A stretch of 64,000 bases of DNA from an uncultured Pelagibacteraceae bacterium (GTDB lineage: Bacteria > Pseudomonadota > Alphaproteobacteria > Pelagibacterales > Pelagibacteraceae). A program made the position numbers and the translations under genes. Shown piece after piece: positions 1 to 9,757 of the stretch (positions are counted from its first letter, which is position 1; the number at the start of each line of letters is the position of its first letter). A model generated the notes under the pieces. It searched no databases. It was not told the DNA's origin and saw nothing but the letters and a program-made list of their open reading frames with translations. The stretch covers positions 57,981 through 121,980 of the forward strand of contig CACJXK010000004.1 of assembly GCA_902597335.1 (NCBI GenBank). Reading direction: 5' to 3'.

Positions 1-1596
1 GAAAATTTTTCTTTTGGAGAATTGCCAGATGACTTTGATCATTTTGAACCTTATTTAAAAAAATCTTTTCATAGATTGCCAATGTTAGAAAATGCTGGAA
101 TTAGAAAATTTTTCTCTGGCCCAGAATCTTTTACACCTGATACACAATATTTATTAGGAGAGACTCCAGAGATAAAAAACTTTTTTACCTGTTGTGGTTT
201 TAATAGCATTGGTATAGCAAGTTCAGGTGGCGCAGGTCGAGTTACTGCTGAATGGATGATCAATGGACATATAAATGAGGATTTATTCTCTGTAGATATA
301 AAAAGATTTCAACAATTCCATTCTTCAAAAAAATTTATTATGGAAAGAGTTACAGAGACTCTTGGTGATTTATATGGAATGCATTGGCCATATAAACAAC
401 ATAAAACTTCAAGAAACCAAATTACTTTACCATACCATGAAGAACTAAAAAAATTAGGTGCTTGTTTTGGATCTTCAGGCGGTTTTGAGAGACCTATGTG
501 GTATTCTTTGAATGGTGCAAAAGCTGAATATGAATACAGTTTTGGTTATCAAAATTGGTATCCATCTGCTGAATATGAGACCAAAAATACAAGAAAAAAT
601 GTCGGTTTATTCGAATTAACACCTTTTTCTAAATTTGATGTTGCTGGAGAAAATGTCCATGATGAATTACAAAAATTGTGTACAGCTAACATAAAAGATG
701 TTGAGGGTAGATCAACTTACACCCAGATGCTAAATGAAGATGGTGGTATAGAGACAGATGTAACTATAACCTGCCTGACTAAAAATCATTTTAGAATAAT
801 AGGTCCAGCTGCAACAAGAGAACACGATAAATTTCATATAAAAAAATACCTCTCAGAAAAAATAAACTTTAAAGATGTAACAGAGGATTTTGCATGCTTA
901 GGATTGTATGGACCAAATACTAGAAAACTATTATCAAATATAAGTGATGATGATTTTTCAAATGAAGGAATAAAATTTAGTCATGGTAAAAAGGTGAATA
1001 TAGATGGAATTGATGTTTGGGCTCAAAGATTGTCATATGTGGGTGAAATTGGATTTGAATTATATGTAAAAATAGATGATAGCAAAAAACTTTTCTTAAC
1101 CATAGTCAATGAAGGTAAAAATCATAATTTATCTCTATGTGGGGCGCACGCAATGGATATAATGAGAATGGAAAGTGGGTTTTTACATTGGGGGCATGAT
1201 ATATCCCCCGAGGAGAATCAATACCAAGCAGGACTTCAATTTGCTATCAGTTATAAAAAAAATATTAATTTTATTGGAAAAGAAGCTTTGCTAAAAATTA
1301 AAGATCAAAAACAAAAAAAATTGTTGGCAATGATGGTTCTTAAAGATAATAAACCAGGACAACCTCTACTGCTTCATGAAGAACCGATTTACTTAGATGA
1401 TAAAATAATTGGTAGAACAACTTCAGGTAATTATTCATTCAATTTTGAAAAAAATATATCTTTTGGTTATGTAAATTCTGGAAATACAATTGAAAATTTA
1501 CTTGATAAAAATTTGTCTATTGAAATAGAAAAGAAAAAATATCCTGTTTCATTAATTCAAAAGCCACTTAATCAAAAAAATATTAAAAATGCCTAA
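1..1596 (+). CDS. GcvT-domain FAD-dependent oxidoreductase (dimethylglycine/sarcosine dehydrogenase family), 5'-truncated by the window
   Basis: Frame is open from base 1 (ENFSFGELPDD...). Motifs GPESFTPD, GFNSIGIASSGGAG, GFERPMWY, RLSYVGEIGFELY, MRMESGFLHWGHD (DAO C-terminus plus GCV_T/GCV_T_C). Confidence 0.88.
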   Translation, partial: ENFSFGELPDDFDHFEPYLKKSFHRLPMLENAGIRKFFSGPESFTPDTQYLLGETPEIKNFFTCCGFNSIGIASSGGAGRVTAEWMINGHINEDLFSVDIKRFQQFHSSKKFIMERVTETLGDLYGMHWPYKQHKTSRNQITLPYHEELKKLGACFGSSGGFERPMWYSLNGAKAEYEYSFGYQNWYPSAEYETKNTRKNVGLFELTPFSKFDVAGENVHDELQKLCTANIKDVEGRSTYTQMLNEDGGIETDVTITCLTKNHFRIIGPAATREHDKFHIKKYLSEKINFKDVTEDFACLGLYGPNTRKLLSNISDDDFSNEGIKFSHGKKVNIDGIDVWAQRLSYVGEIGFELYVKIDDSKKLFLTIVNEGKNHNLSLCGAHAMDIMRMESGFLHWGHDISPEENQYQAGLQFAISYKKNINFIGKEALLKIKDQKQKKLLAMMVLKDNKPGQPLLLHEEPIYLDDKIIGRTTSGNYSFNFEKNISFGYVNSGNTIENLLDKNLSIEIEKKKYPVSLIQKPLNQKNIKNA

Positions 1597-2387
1597 TGTT
1601 TAAAATTATCCCCAAAAAAAATAAGGCAGCAGAGATTATTTGTAATCTTAATAAAATTAATAAAAATGAATTGAAACAAATAAAATCTACACTTGATAAA
1701 TATGGTATGATTTATTTTCCAAAACAAAAGCTAAATTCTAGAAATTATCTAAATTTTGCACAAAAATTTGGGAAACCTGCGAACTATCCAAGGTTGAGAG
1801 GATTAAATAAAAAATACCCACAAATTACTGTTGTACAAAGAAAATCTTCAGACAAGGGACCAAGCTTTGGTGAACAATTTCATACAGACTCTTCATATAC
1901 AAAAAAACCTCCACGATACACTATGTTGCTATCAAAACTGGTGCCTAAAAAAGGTGTTGCAAATACTGAGTTTTCCTCACAGTATTTAGCATATGAAAAT
2001 CTGACTAAAAATCACAAAATTAGACTTAATAAATTAAAAGGTATTTACTCATCGCATGGACCTATATCAATTACTACAGTTGAAAGAGAGAAAGAAAAAG
2101 GAAAAATTTCTAAAGAATTAATTGCCAGTCACAAGATTATTAAAACTATTAATAATAAAAAAACGATATACTGTAGCCCTGGACACTTTATAAAATTTAA
2201 CACAAATATGACTAAACAAAAAAACAAATTAAAGAATTTTTTATTCAGTCACCAGACTAAAAAAAAATTTCAATATGCTTTAGAATGGGAAAAAGACCAG
2301 CTTGCTATTTGGGATAACAGAGCAATGCTTCATCAAGCTACTCCTTTTAAAGGAAATAGAATTCTTCACAGAATAACAATATTATAA
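1596..2387 (+). CDS. TauD/TfdA family Fe(II)/2-oxoglutarate dioxygenase
   Basis: HxD (FHTDSSY), distal His in WDNRAMLH and C-terminal R(x)3R. 1-nt overlap with the upstream gene. Confidence 0.85.
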   Translation: MFKIIPKKNKAAEIICNLNKINKNELKQIKSTLDKYGMIYFPKQKLNSRNYLNFAQKFGKPANYPRLRGLNKKYPQITVVQRKSSDKGPSFGEQFHTDSSYTKKPPRYTMLLSKLVPKKGVANTEFSSQYLAYENLTKNHKIRLNKLKGIYSSHGPISITTVEREKEKGKISKELIASHKIIKTINNKKTIYCSPGHFIKFNTNMTKQKNKLKNFLFSHQTKKKFQYALEWEKDQLAIWDNRAMLHQATPFKGNRILHRITIL

Positions 2388-2391
2388 TCAA

Positions 2392-3321
2392 ATGTATTCG
2401 ATCTTTCTTGGGTTAACACCTTTTATTTTTATAACTTTGCTTGGATTTATATTTGGAAGACTGAAAATATTTGATCTAAGCCATGCAAAAGTTTTAAACT
2501 TATTTTTATTCTACGTTGCAGTGCCTGCACTAATTATAAAATTTGTTGCACAGAGTGAAATTGCCCAGGTAGACATTAAGCAAATAATTTCATATTTTTT
2601 AATGCAAGCTAGTCTAGGTTTACTTACTTTTTTTGTAACAAGTAAACTTTTTAAAAGACCCATACCTGAGTCAATTATATGGTCACTTATGGTTTCCTTG
2701 TCTAACCACGTAACTTTATTATTACCAATTACAAAAATTTATTTTGGAACAGAAGTTATAACGCAAGTTACCAGTATAATATTAATGGATGGAGTTATAT
2801 TACTATCTGTGATTACTTTTTTCTTAGAATTAACTACAAAAAAAAATATTAAATTACTGTTTTTTCTAAGGAATGTGACTTTTAATCCAATGATATTTTC
2901 AATTTTAATTGGACTTTTGCTTTTTATATTTAACTACAAAATTGATAATACGCCGATTGATTACGTGCTATCTGTTTTAGCGGCCTGTGTTTCTCCTGTT
3001 GGTTTGTTTGCAATTGGTATTACTCTTTCTTTTTATACTCACAAAGTTATTAATAAATTAACTTCAACCATCTCTATTTTAAAGTTGGTAATATCTCCTC
3101 TAATTTTATTAATTATAGCATTTATATTTTTTGATGCTGGATTACCTGAAAAAATACCAGGTGCATTTTTTGTAAGTGTAGCACCTTGTGGACACACTGC
3201 GGTAGTATTATGTTCAGCTTACAATGTTAGTCCTGAAAATATTATTAAAGCTCTATTTATTTCTACTTTTGCCTCTATAGGCACAATTTTTTTTGCAATT
3301 CAATATCTACAAGTTGCTTAG
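2392..3321 (+). CDS. AEC family (auxin efflux carrier/MdcF-like) transporter
   Basis: About 10 hydrophobic segments. Motifs LNLFLFYVAVPALI, FNPMIFSILIG and SPVGLFAIG. Confidence 0.8.
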   Translation: MYSIFLGLTPFIFITLLGFIFGRLKIFDLSHAKVLNLFLFYVAVPALIIKFVAQSEIAQVDIKQIISYFLMQASLGLLTFFVTSKLFKRPIPESIIWSLMVSLSNHVTLLLPITKIYFGTEVITQVTSIILMDGVILLSVITFFLELTTKKNIKLLFFLRNVTFNPMIFSILIGLLLFIFNYKIDNTPIDYVLSVLAACVSPVGLFAIGITLSFYTHKVINKLTSTISILKLVISPLILLIIAFIFFDAGLPEKIPGAFFVSVAPCGHTAVVLCSAYNVSPENIIKALFISTFASIGTIFFAIQYLQVA

Positions 3322-4371
3322 AACTTTACTAGCACATTCTGTGGTATTGCTATCACCATCTAAATCTTTTGTTCTATTATTTTTTTCTAATAAAGTCTTT
3401 TCGATTGATTTTACTATTCTTGATGCAGCTTCTTTTTCTCCCAAGTAATCTAACATCATGGCACCAGACCATATTTGTCCCACGGGATTAGCAATACCTT
3501 TTCCTGCTATATCTGGGGCTGAACCATGTACCGGTTCAAATAATGATGGATATTTGTTTGTAGGGTTAATATTTCCAGACGGTGCAATGCCTATAGTTCC
3601 AGTACATGCTGGACCTAGATCTGATAAAATATCTCCAAATAAGTTTGAAGCCACGACAACATCAAACCATTCAGGAGTTAAAACAAATCTAGCAGTTAAT
3701 ATATCAATATGAAATTGATCAGTTTCAATTTCAGGATAGCTTTTCTTATTTTCATTAAATCTTTCATCCCAGTAAGGCATAGTTATTGATATACCATTAG
3801 ATTTTGTAGCATTGGTTAATTTTTTTCTTTTACGTTTTTTTGCTAATTCAAATGCAAACTTTTGCACTCTGTCTATCCCATGTTTTGACATAATAGTTTC
3901 TTGAATTACAATTTCTCTTTCAGTATTTTGATACATCTTTCCACCAACTGAAGAATACTCTCCCTCTGTATTTTCTCGAACTATCATCATGTCAATATCG
4001 CCGGGTTTCTTATTAGCTAATGGGGCATTAACACCTTCAAATAATTTTACTGGTCTTAGATTTATAAATTGATCAAATTCTCTTCTAAACTGAAGTAGTG
4101 ATCCCCATAATGTAACATGATCTGGGTATCGATCTGGCATTCCAACAGCGCCAAAAAATATAGCATCATGGCTACCAATTTTATCCTTCCAATCATCAGG
4201 CAACATTTTTCCGTGTTTTTCATAATAATCACACGATGAAAAATCAAATTCATCAATTTGTAATTTGAATTGATGTTGATTGGCAACCTCTTTTAAAATT
4301 TTTTGAGCTTCTGGAACTACTTCTTTACCAATTCCATCTCCTGCAATGGATGCAATTTTATACTCTTTCAT
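3307..4371 (-). CDS. dmlA: Tartrate/D-malate dehydrogenase (decarboxylating), ICDH/IPMDH family
   Basis: IAGDGIGKEVVPE, DHVTLWGSLLQFRREFDQFINLRP, TKSNGISITMPYWDE, NLFGDILSDL and FEPVHGSAPDI match the TtuC/DmlA(YeaU) subfamily. Confidence 0.88.
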   Translation of the reverse strand: MKEYKIASIAGDGIGKEVVPEAQKILKEVANQHQFKLQIDEFDFSSCDYYEKHGKMLPDDWKDKIGSHDAIFFGAVGMPDRYPDHVTLWGSLLQFRREFDQFINLRPVKLFEGVNAPLANKKPGDIDMMIVRENTEGEYSSVGGKMYQNTEREIVIQETIMSKHGIDRVQKFAFELAKKRKRKKLTNATKSNGISITMPYWDERFNENKKSYPEIETDQFHIDILTARFVLTPEWFDVVVASNLFGDILSDLGPACTGTIGIAPSGNINPTNKYPSLFEPVHGSAPDIAGKGIANPVGQIWSGAMMLDYLGEKEAASRIVKSIEKTLLEKNNRTKDLDGDSNTTECASKVLSNL

Positions 4372-4373
4372 TT

Positions 4374-5408
4374 TTATTTTGTGAAAGTATCGTTAAATTG
4401 TTTTGCAACTCTTACAAAAGTAGTACATTTACTTAATTGTTTTAATGAAGGAGCACCTACATAAGTGCAACTACTTCTAACGCCACCTAGAATATCTTGA
4501 ATTGTATCTTTTATTTTTCCTCTATATTTAATTCTTACAGTTCTTCCTTCACTACTTCTGTAATTTGATAATCCTCCATAATGCTTTTTATTTGCTGTTT
4601 CAGAGCTTGAACCATAAAATTCAATATATTTTGAGCCGTTTGATTTAACTATTTTACCCTTGCCTTCGTCGTGACCTGCAAACATTCCACCTAACATTAC
4701 AAAATCTGCACCACCCCCAAAACCTTTTGCAACATCTCCAGGACATGTACATCCACCATCTGCAATTATATGAGCACCTAAACCATGTGCTGCATCAGCA
4801 CATTCAATTACAGCACTTAATTGAGGGTAGCCAACTCCTGTTTGAATTCTTGTTGTACAAACACTTCCTGGACCAATCCCAACTTTTACAATATCTGCAC
4901 CAGATAAAATAAGTTCTTGTGTCATGTCTGCAGTAACTACATTTCCAGCTATAATAGTTTTTGTAGGATATTTATCTCTTACAGATTTAAGAAATTTACT
5001 AAAGTATTCAGAATAACCATTAGCAACATCAATACAAATGAACTTTATAAATCCAAATTCTCTTAAAACTTTGTTTAAATTTTCAAAATCTTCTTTTTTA
5101 GTACCAATGCTAATAGCTATATTTTTATAAATAGATTTAATTTTTTTAAATTGTTTTATTTTTTTTATATCATGTTGTTTAGTTAAACATGTAATCATGC
5201 CATATTCAGATAATTTCTCAGCTACTCCAAGCTCTCCGACCCCATCCATATTTGCAGCCATTATAGGAATACCCGACCACTCATTTTTACTATATTTAAA
5301 TCTGTATGTTCTTAGAAGATTTACATCTTTACGACTTTGTAGCGTACTTCTTTTAGGTCTAAAAAGGACGTCTGAATAATCTAGTTTTAATTCTTCTTCA
5401 ATTCTCAC
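4374..5408 (-). CDS. guaC: GMP reductase (type 1)
   Basis: Likely GTG start at 5408 (MRIEEELKLDYSDVLFRPKRS). ICIDVANGYSE, KVGIGPGSVCTTR, YRSSEG. No CBS domains. Confidence 0.92.
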   Translation of the reverse strand: MRIEEELKLDYSDVLFRPKRSTLQSRKDVNLLRTYRFKYSKNEWSGIPIMAANMDGVGELGVAEKLSEYGMITCLTKQHDIKKIKQFKKIKSIYKNIAISIGTKKEDFENLNKVLREFGFIKFICIDVANGYSEYFSKFLKSVRDKYPTKTIIAGNVVTADMTQELILSGADIVKVGIGPGSVCTTRIQTGVGYPQLSAVIECADAAHGLGAHIIADGGCTCPGDVAKGFGGGADFVMLGGMFAGHDEGKGKIVKSNGSKYIEFYGSSSETANKKHYGGLSNYRSSEGRTVRIKYRGKIKDTIQDILGGVRSSCTYVGAPSLKQLSKCTTFVRVAKQFNDTFTK

Positions 5409-5462
5409 AAATCCGAATTTATACAGGTGCACAAAGTAAATTCAAATTAAATATTATTAATA

Positions 5463-5490
5463 TTGATACTAAGCTTTCATTAGTTATACT
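5463..5490 (+). promoter_or_regulatory. Putative sigma70 promoter of the hydrolase gene
   Basis: TTGATA-16 nt-TATACT, ending 23 nt before the ATG at 5514. The AT-rich background lowers specificity. Confidence 0.4.
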
Positions 5491-5513
5491 TTCAAAAATT
5501 CATATTATTAAGC

Positions 5514-6392
5514 ATGTTTAAAGGATTTAAGTCAAAATACATAAAAGTTAGAAAAGGTAAAATTTTCTGTAGAGTAGGAGGTAAGGGTCCACCGTTACTT
5601 TTACTTCATGGTTATCCACAAACACATTTAATGTGGCACAAGACTGCACTAGAATTATCGAAAAAATTTACGGTTATTGCTGCAGACCTAAGGGGATATG
5701 GTAATAGTTTAGCTCCACCCTCAGATAAAAATCATTTTAATTATTCCAAAAGAGAAATGGCAAGTGACATGAAACAAATAATGGAAAAATTAGGTTATTC
5801 TAAATTCTTTGTAGCTGGACATGATAGAGGAGGAAGAGTGGCTCACAGATTAGCAAGGGACCATAGAAAAAATATATTAGCTTTGAGTGTTTTAGATATT
5901 TGCCCCACACTAGATATGTATGAATTAACAACTAAAGACTTTGCTAAAGCATACTTTCATTGGTTTTTTTTAATTCAACCTAAGTGGCTACCTGAAAGAA
6001 TGATTATGAGTGATCCAAGAAAATGGATGAAATACTGCTTAGATAAATGGTCTGGAAATCATAAATTTGGAAAAGTTGAAGAAGGTTATTTAAAATGTTT
6101 TAAGCAACCAAAAAGAATTCATGGATCATGTGAAGATTATAGAGCTTCTGCAACAATTGACTTGGATCATGATAAAAAAGACAGAAAGAAAAAACTAAAT
6201 ATTCCTATTCAAGTATTGTGGGGAAAAAAGGGTGTAATTGGTAGACAGTTCAAACCAGTAAAAATTTGGCAGAAATATACAACTAAAAAAATTGAAGGAC
6301 ATGCAATAAATTCAGGTCATTTCATTCCAGAACAAAACCCAAAAGCAACTGTAAAATATTTAACCAATTTTTTTTTAGATAAAATTAGCTAA
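5514..6392 (+). CDS. Alpha/beta hydrolase, fluoroacetate/haloacetate dehalogenase-like
   Basis: LLLHGYPQTHLMWH, GHDRGGR (Asp nucleophile plus two Arg), VLDI (Asp), YFHW (His/Trp), EDYRA (Tyr) and SGHFIPE (His). Confidence 0.82.
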   Translation: MFKGFKSKYIKVRKGKIFCRVGGKGPPLLLLHGYPQTHLMWHKTALELSKKFTVIAADLRGYGNSLAPPSDKNHFNYSKREMASDMKQIMEKLGYSKFFVAGHDRGGRVAHRLARDHRKNILALSVLDICPTLDMYELTTKDFAKAYFHWFFLIQPKWLPERMIMSDPRKWMKYCLDKWSGNHKFGKVEEGYLKCFKQPKRIHGSCEDYRASATIDLDHDKKDRKKKLNIPIQVLWGKKGVIGRQFKPVKIWQKYTTKKIEGHAINSGHFIPEQNPKATVKYLTNFFLDKIS

Positions 6393-6467
6393 TTTATGTG
6401 TTTTGATGTGATCAATGATCGCGCATATCATTCTTGATTATAAATAATTCACCCTTAAATATGATCT

Positions 6468-7880
6468 ATGACCTCTTTACTGAAAAATTCAGAATTATCT
6501 ATAGAAAAAGCTGATAAAATTGTTTCAGAGACTTTAAATAGTTGTGATGATGGTGAACTTTACGTCGAAGATACAAAATCAGAAACCATTGTTTTAGATG
6601 ATAATAAAATCAAAAGTTCAAACTATACCTCTGATTTAGGCTATGGTTTTAGAGCGGTCACAGGTGATACCGTGGCTTACTCACATTCAAATGAAATTTC
6701 AGAAAAATCGTTAAAAAATTCAAGTGATAATCTTAAATCAACCTTAAAAAACAATAGTGGCACTTACAATTCAGAAATAAAAAAAACTAATCAAAAACTT
6801 TACAAAGACATTGATCCCATTGAAAGCAAATCAATGAAATCAAAAATAGAGTTACTAAATAATATGAATGAGTATGCCAGATCTAAAGATAGTAGTGTAA
6901 AGCAAGTTACAGCTAGTCTTTTAGCTGAGAAGAAAAATATTGAAATTATTAGATCTGGTGGAGAGCTATTATCAGATAATCGACCATTGGTAAGAATTAA
7001 CATGTCAGTGATGGTTGAAAAAAATGGAAGAAAAGAAACTGGTGTTTATGGAATTGGCGGAAGACAAGATTATGATGAATATTTAAAGAACGATAACTGG
7101 AAAAAAGTTTGCGATGAAGCTTTTAGGATTGCAAACACAAACATAGAAAGTAAACCCTCACCAGCTGGAGAGATGAAAGTTGTACTCGGACCAGGCTGGC
7201 CTGCTATTTTAATTCATGAAGCTGTTGGCCATGGTTTAGAGGGAGACTTTAATAGAAAAAAAACTTCTGCGTTTCATGATTTGGTAGGAAAAAAAGTTGC
7301 AAGCAAAGGAGTTACAATAATAGATGATGGCACAATAGATAATAGAAGAGGTAGTTTAAATATTGATGATGAAGGAACTCCAACCGAAAGAACTGTTTTA
7401 ATAGAGGACGGAATTCTAAAAAATTTTATGCAAGATAGATTAAACGCCAGATTAATGAATACAAAATCCACAGGAAATGGAAGAAGAGAAAGTTATAAAC
7501 ATGTCGTAATGCCAAGGATGAGAAATACAATCATGTTAGGCGGTACAAACACTCAAGAGGAAATGATTAAATCAGTCGATAAGGGAATATTTGCGGTAAG
7601 TTTTGGTGGTGGTCAAGTGGATATAACATCAGGAAAATTTGTTTTCAATTGTACAGAGGCATATGAAATAATTAATGGCAAAGTAGGAGCTCCGATTAAA
7701 GGCGCAACTTTAATAGGTGATGGACCATCATCATTAAAAGAAATTTTAATGGTTGGAAATGATATGATGTTAGACCCAGGAATTGGCACCTGTGGAAAAG
7801 CAGGACAAGGCGTTCCGGTTGGTGTTGGACAACCATCTTTGTTGATAAACAATATGACAGTGGGTGGAACTCAATTGTAA
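6468..7880 (+). CDS. tldD: Metalloprotease TldD
   Basis: HEAVGHGLEGDFNRK, GNGRRESY..MPRM.NT, GGGQVDITSGKFVF and CGKAGQGVPVGVGQP. Confidence 0.95.
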   Translation: MTSLLKNSELSIEKADKIVSETLNSCDDGELYVEDTKSETIVLDDNKIKSSNYTSDLGYGFRAVTGDTVAYSHSNEISEKSLKNSSDNLKSTLKNNSGTYNSEIKKTNQKLYKDIDPIESKSMKSKIELLNNMNEYARSKDSSVKQVTASLLAEKKNIEIIRSGGELLSDNRPLVRINMSVMVEKNGRKETGVYGIGGRQDYDEYLKNDNWKKVCDEAFRIANTNIESKPSPAGEMKVVLGPGWPAILIHEAVGHGLEGDFNRKKTSAFHDLVGKKVASKGVTIIDDGTIDNRRGSLNIDDEGTPTERTVLIEDGILKNFMQDRLNARLMNTKSTGNGRRESYKHVVMPRMRNTIMLGGTNTQEEMIKSVDKGIFAVSFGGGQVDITSGKFVFNCTEAYEIINGKVGAPIKGATLIGDGPSSLKEILMVGNDMMLDPGIGTCGKAGQGVPVGVGQPSLLINNMTVGGTQL

Positions 7881-7885
7881 TCTCA

Positions 7886-9205
7886 ATGATTAAAGATCAA
7901 GATTATCTAAAAAAAATTGCTGATATTTGTCTTAGCAAATCAAAAAAACTTGGCTCAACTGATGCAAGTATTTTGGTACAGAGTTCTGTATCTGAAAATA
8001 TTAATGTTAGGAATAAAAAATTAGATGGTTCTGAAAGATCAGAAAATCTTGGAGTTGTCCTTACTACATATTTAGGAAAAAAAAAGTCCTCAATTGCATC
8101 ATCAAACCTTAAAGAGAGTAACTTAAATGAATTAGTTGATAGATGTATTGAAACAATGAAGATAACGCCCGAAGATGAATATAATTCACTGCCAGATAAA
8201 GATCTTCATTTTAGCGGTTTGAAAGATTTAGATTTATACGATGAAACTCATTTGAGTAATGAAGATAAAATTAATTATATAAAAGAAGCAGAAGATGAGG
8301 CTTTTTCAAATAATAAAATTGTAAATACCAATGGTTCAGGATTTGGGGAAAATAAATCAAATTTTTTATTAGCTAATTCAAATGGATTTTCTGATGGATA
8401 TAAAACTTCTCAATTTACAGCTTATTGTGAAGTTGTTTCTAAAAGCAATGGAAGCATGGAAAGAGATTATGAATATACTAGTAAAAGATTTTATAATGAC
8501 ATTTTAAAACCAAAAGAGCTTGGATCTATCGCAGCGGATCATGCTGTGAAAAAATTAAATCCAAAAAAGATTAAAAGTGAAAAAATTAGCCTTATATTTG
8601 ACAAAAGAATATCAAAAAACTTTCTTTCAATCTTTGCTAGCGCCATTTCATCAAGTGCCATTGCAAAAGGCACTACTTTTTTAAAGGATAAATTAAACCA
8701 AAAAGTATTCAACACTGAAATAAATATTAATGACCGTGGTGATATCAAAAAAGCTAATGGATCACGTTATTTTGACAGTGAAGGTATAGGTATAATTAAT
8801 TTAGATTTAATTAAAAATGGAATACTTCAGGATTATTTGATTGACACTTATAATGGAAAAAAAATAAACAGAAAGTCTAATGGCAGAGCAAGCGGTACAA
8901 CAAATCTGTATTTTGAAAACGGATCAAAAACTTTTAGTGAGTTGATAAAATCAGAAAAAAAACTTCTTTACATAAAAGAAACTATCGGTCACGGCACAAA
9001 TATTATTAATGGAGATTATTCCGTAGGTGCAAGTGGTATAATGATTGAAAATGGTGAATTTTCATATCCGGTAAGTGAAATAACAATCGCTGGAAATTTA
9101 AATAATATTTTTCAAAATATAACTCTAGCTGACGATCTAGAATTTAATTATTCTACCAATTCACCAACAATGCATGTTGAAGGTATGATTGTTGGGGGAA
9201 AATAA
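7886..9205 (+). CDS. pmbA: TldE/PmbA peptidase partner
   Basis: MERDY, FDSEG, GDYSVGASG and PVSEITIAGNL. Directly follows tldD. Confidence 0.92.
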   Translation: MIKDQDYLKKIADICLSKSKKLGSTDASILVQSSVSENINVRNKKLDGSERSENLGVVLTTYLGKKKSSIASSNLKESNLNELVDRCIETMKITPEDEYNSLPDKDLHFSGLKDLDLYDETHLSNEDKINYIKEAEDEAFSNNKIVNTNGSGFGENKSNFLLANSNGFSDGYKTSQFTAYCEVVSKSNGSMERDYEYTSKRFYNDILKPKELGSIAADHAVKKLNPKKIKSEKISLIFDKRISKNFLSIFASAISSSAIAKGTTFLKDKLNQKVFNTEININDRGDIKKANGSRYFDSEGIGIINLDLIKNGILQDYLIDTYNGKKINRKSNGRASGTTNLYFENGSKTFSELIKSEKKLLYIKETIGHGTNIINGDYSVGASGIMIENGEFSYPVSEITIAGNLNNIFQNITLADDLEFNYSTNSPTMHVEGMIVGGK

Positions 9206-9211
9206 GAATTA

Positions 9212-9757
9212 ATGAAAATTATTTTAAAAAGCTTAATAGTTTTAACTTTATTTTTTAATCCAGTCTTTTCAGCAGATAATAATCATTTAGATAAACTTTT
9301 TGAAAAACTTTTAGAAGATGGCGAAATCTCAGCAAGGGAAACTGAAATGAAAATTTGGGGTATTTGGACAACACATCCAAAAGATCAAAACTTAACCAGT
9401 TTATTATCTAGAGGAACATCATTTATGAACAGTCAAGAATACCAAAAAGCTGAAGATATATTTACAACTGTTATCGAACTGGATCCAAAATGGGCTGAAG
9501 CATGGAATAAACGAGCTACAGTTCTTTATTTGATGGGTAAGTATCAAGCGTCACAAGACGACATTGATGAAGTTTTAAAATTAGAAAAAAGACATTTTGG
9601 AGCTTTATCAGGTCAAGGCTTAGTGCAAATGAAATTAAAAAACTATGAAAAAGCTTTAAGCAGCTATGAAAGAGTAAAAAAAATTTATCCATCAATGAGG
9701 TCTCCAAAAATAATGATACCTCAAATAAAGGAACTAATTAAAGATCAATCGGTTTAA
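9212..9757 (+). CDS. Exported tetratricopeptide-repeat protein
   Basis: N-terminal signal peptide. TPR motifs LDPKWAEAWNKRATVLY and RHFGALSGQGL. Confidence 0.8.
   Translation: MKIILKSLIVLTLFFNPVFSADNNHLDKLFEKLLEDGEISARETEMKIWGIWTTHPKDQNLTSLLSRGTSFMNSQEYQKAEDIFTTVIELDPKWAEAWNKRATVLYLMGKYQASQDDIDEVLKLEKRHFGALSGQGLVQMKLKNYEKALSSYERVKKIYPSMRSPKIMIPQIKELIKDQSV

Noticed and set aside
6403-6430. TTGAT-GTG-ATCAA resembling an FNR box, and an imperfect hairpin before tldD
   Set aside because: The spacer is 3 nt rather than the 4 nt FNR needs. The hairpin is weak with no clear U-tail.
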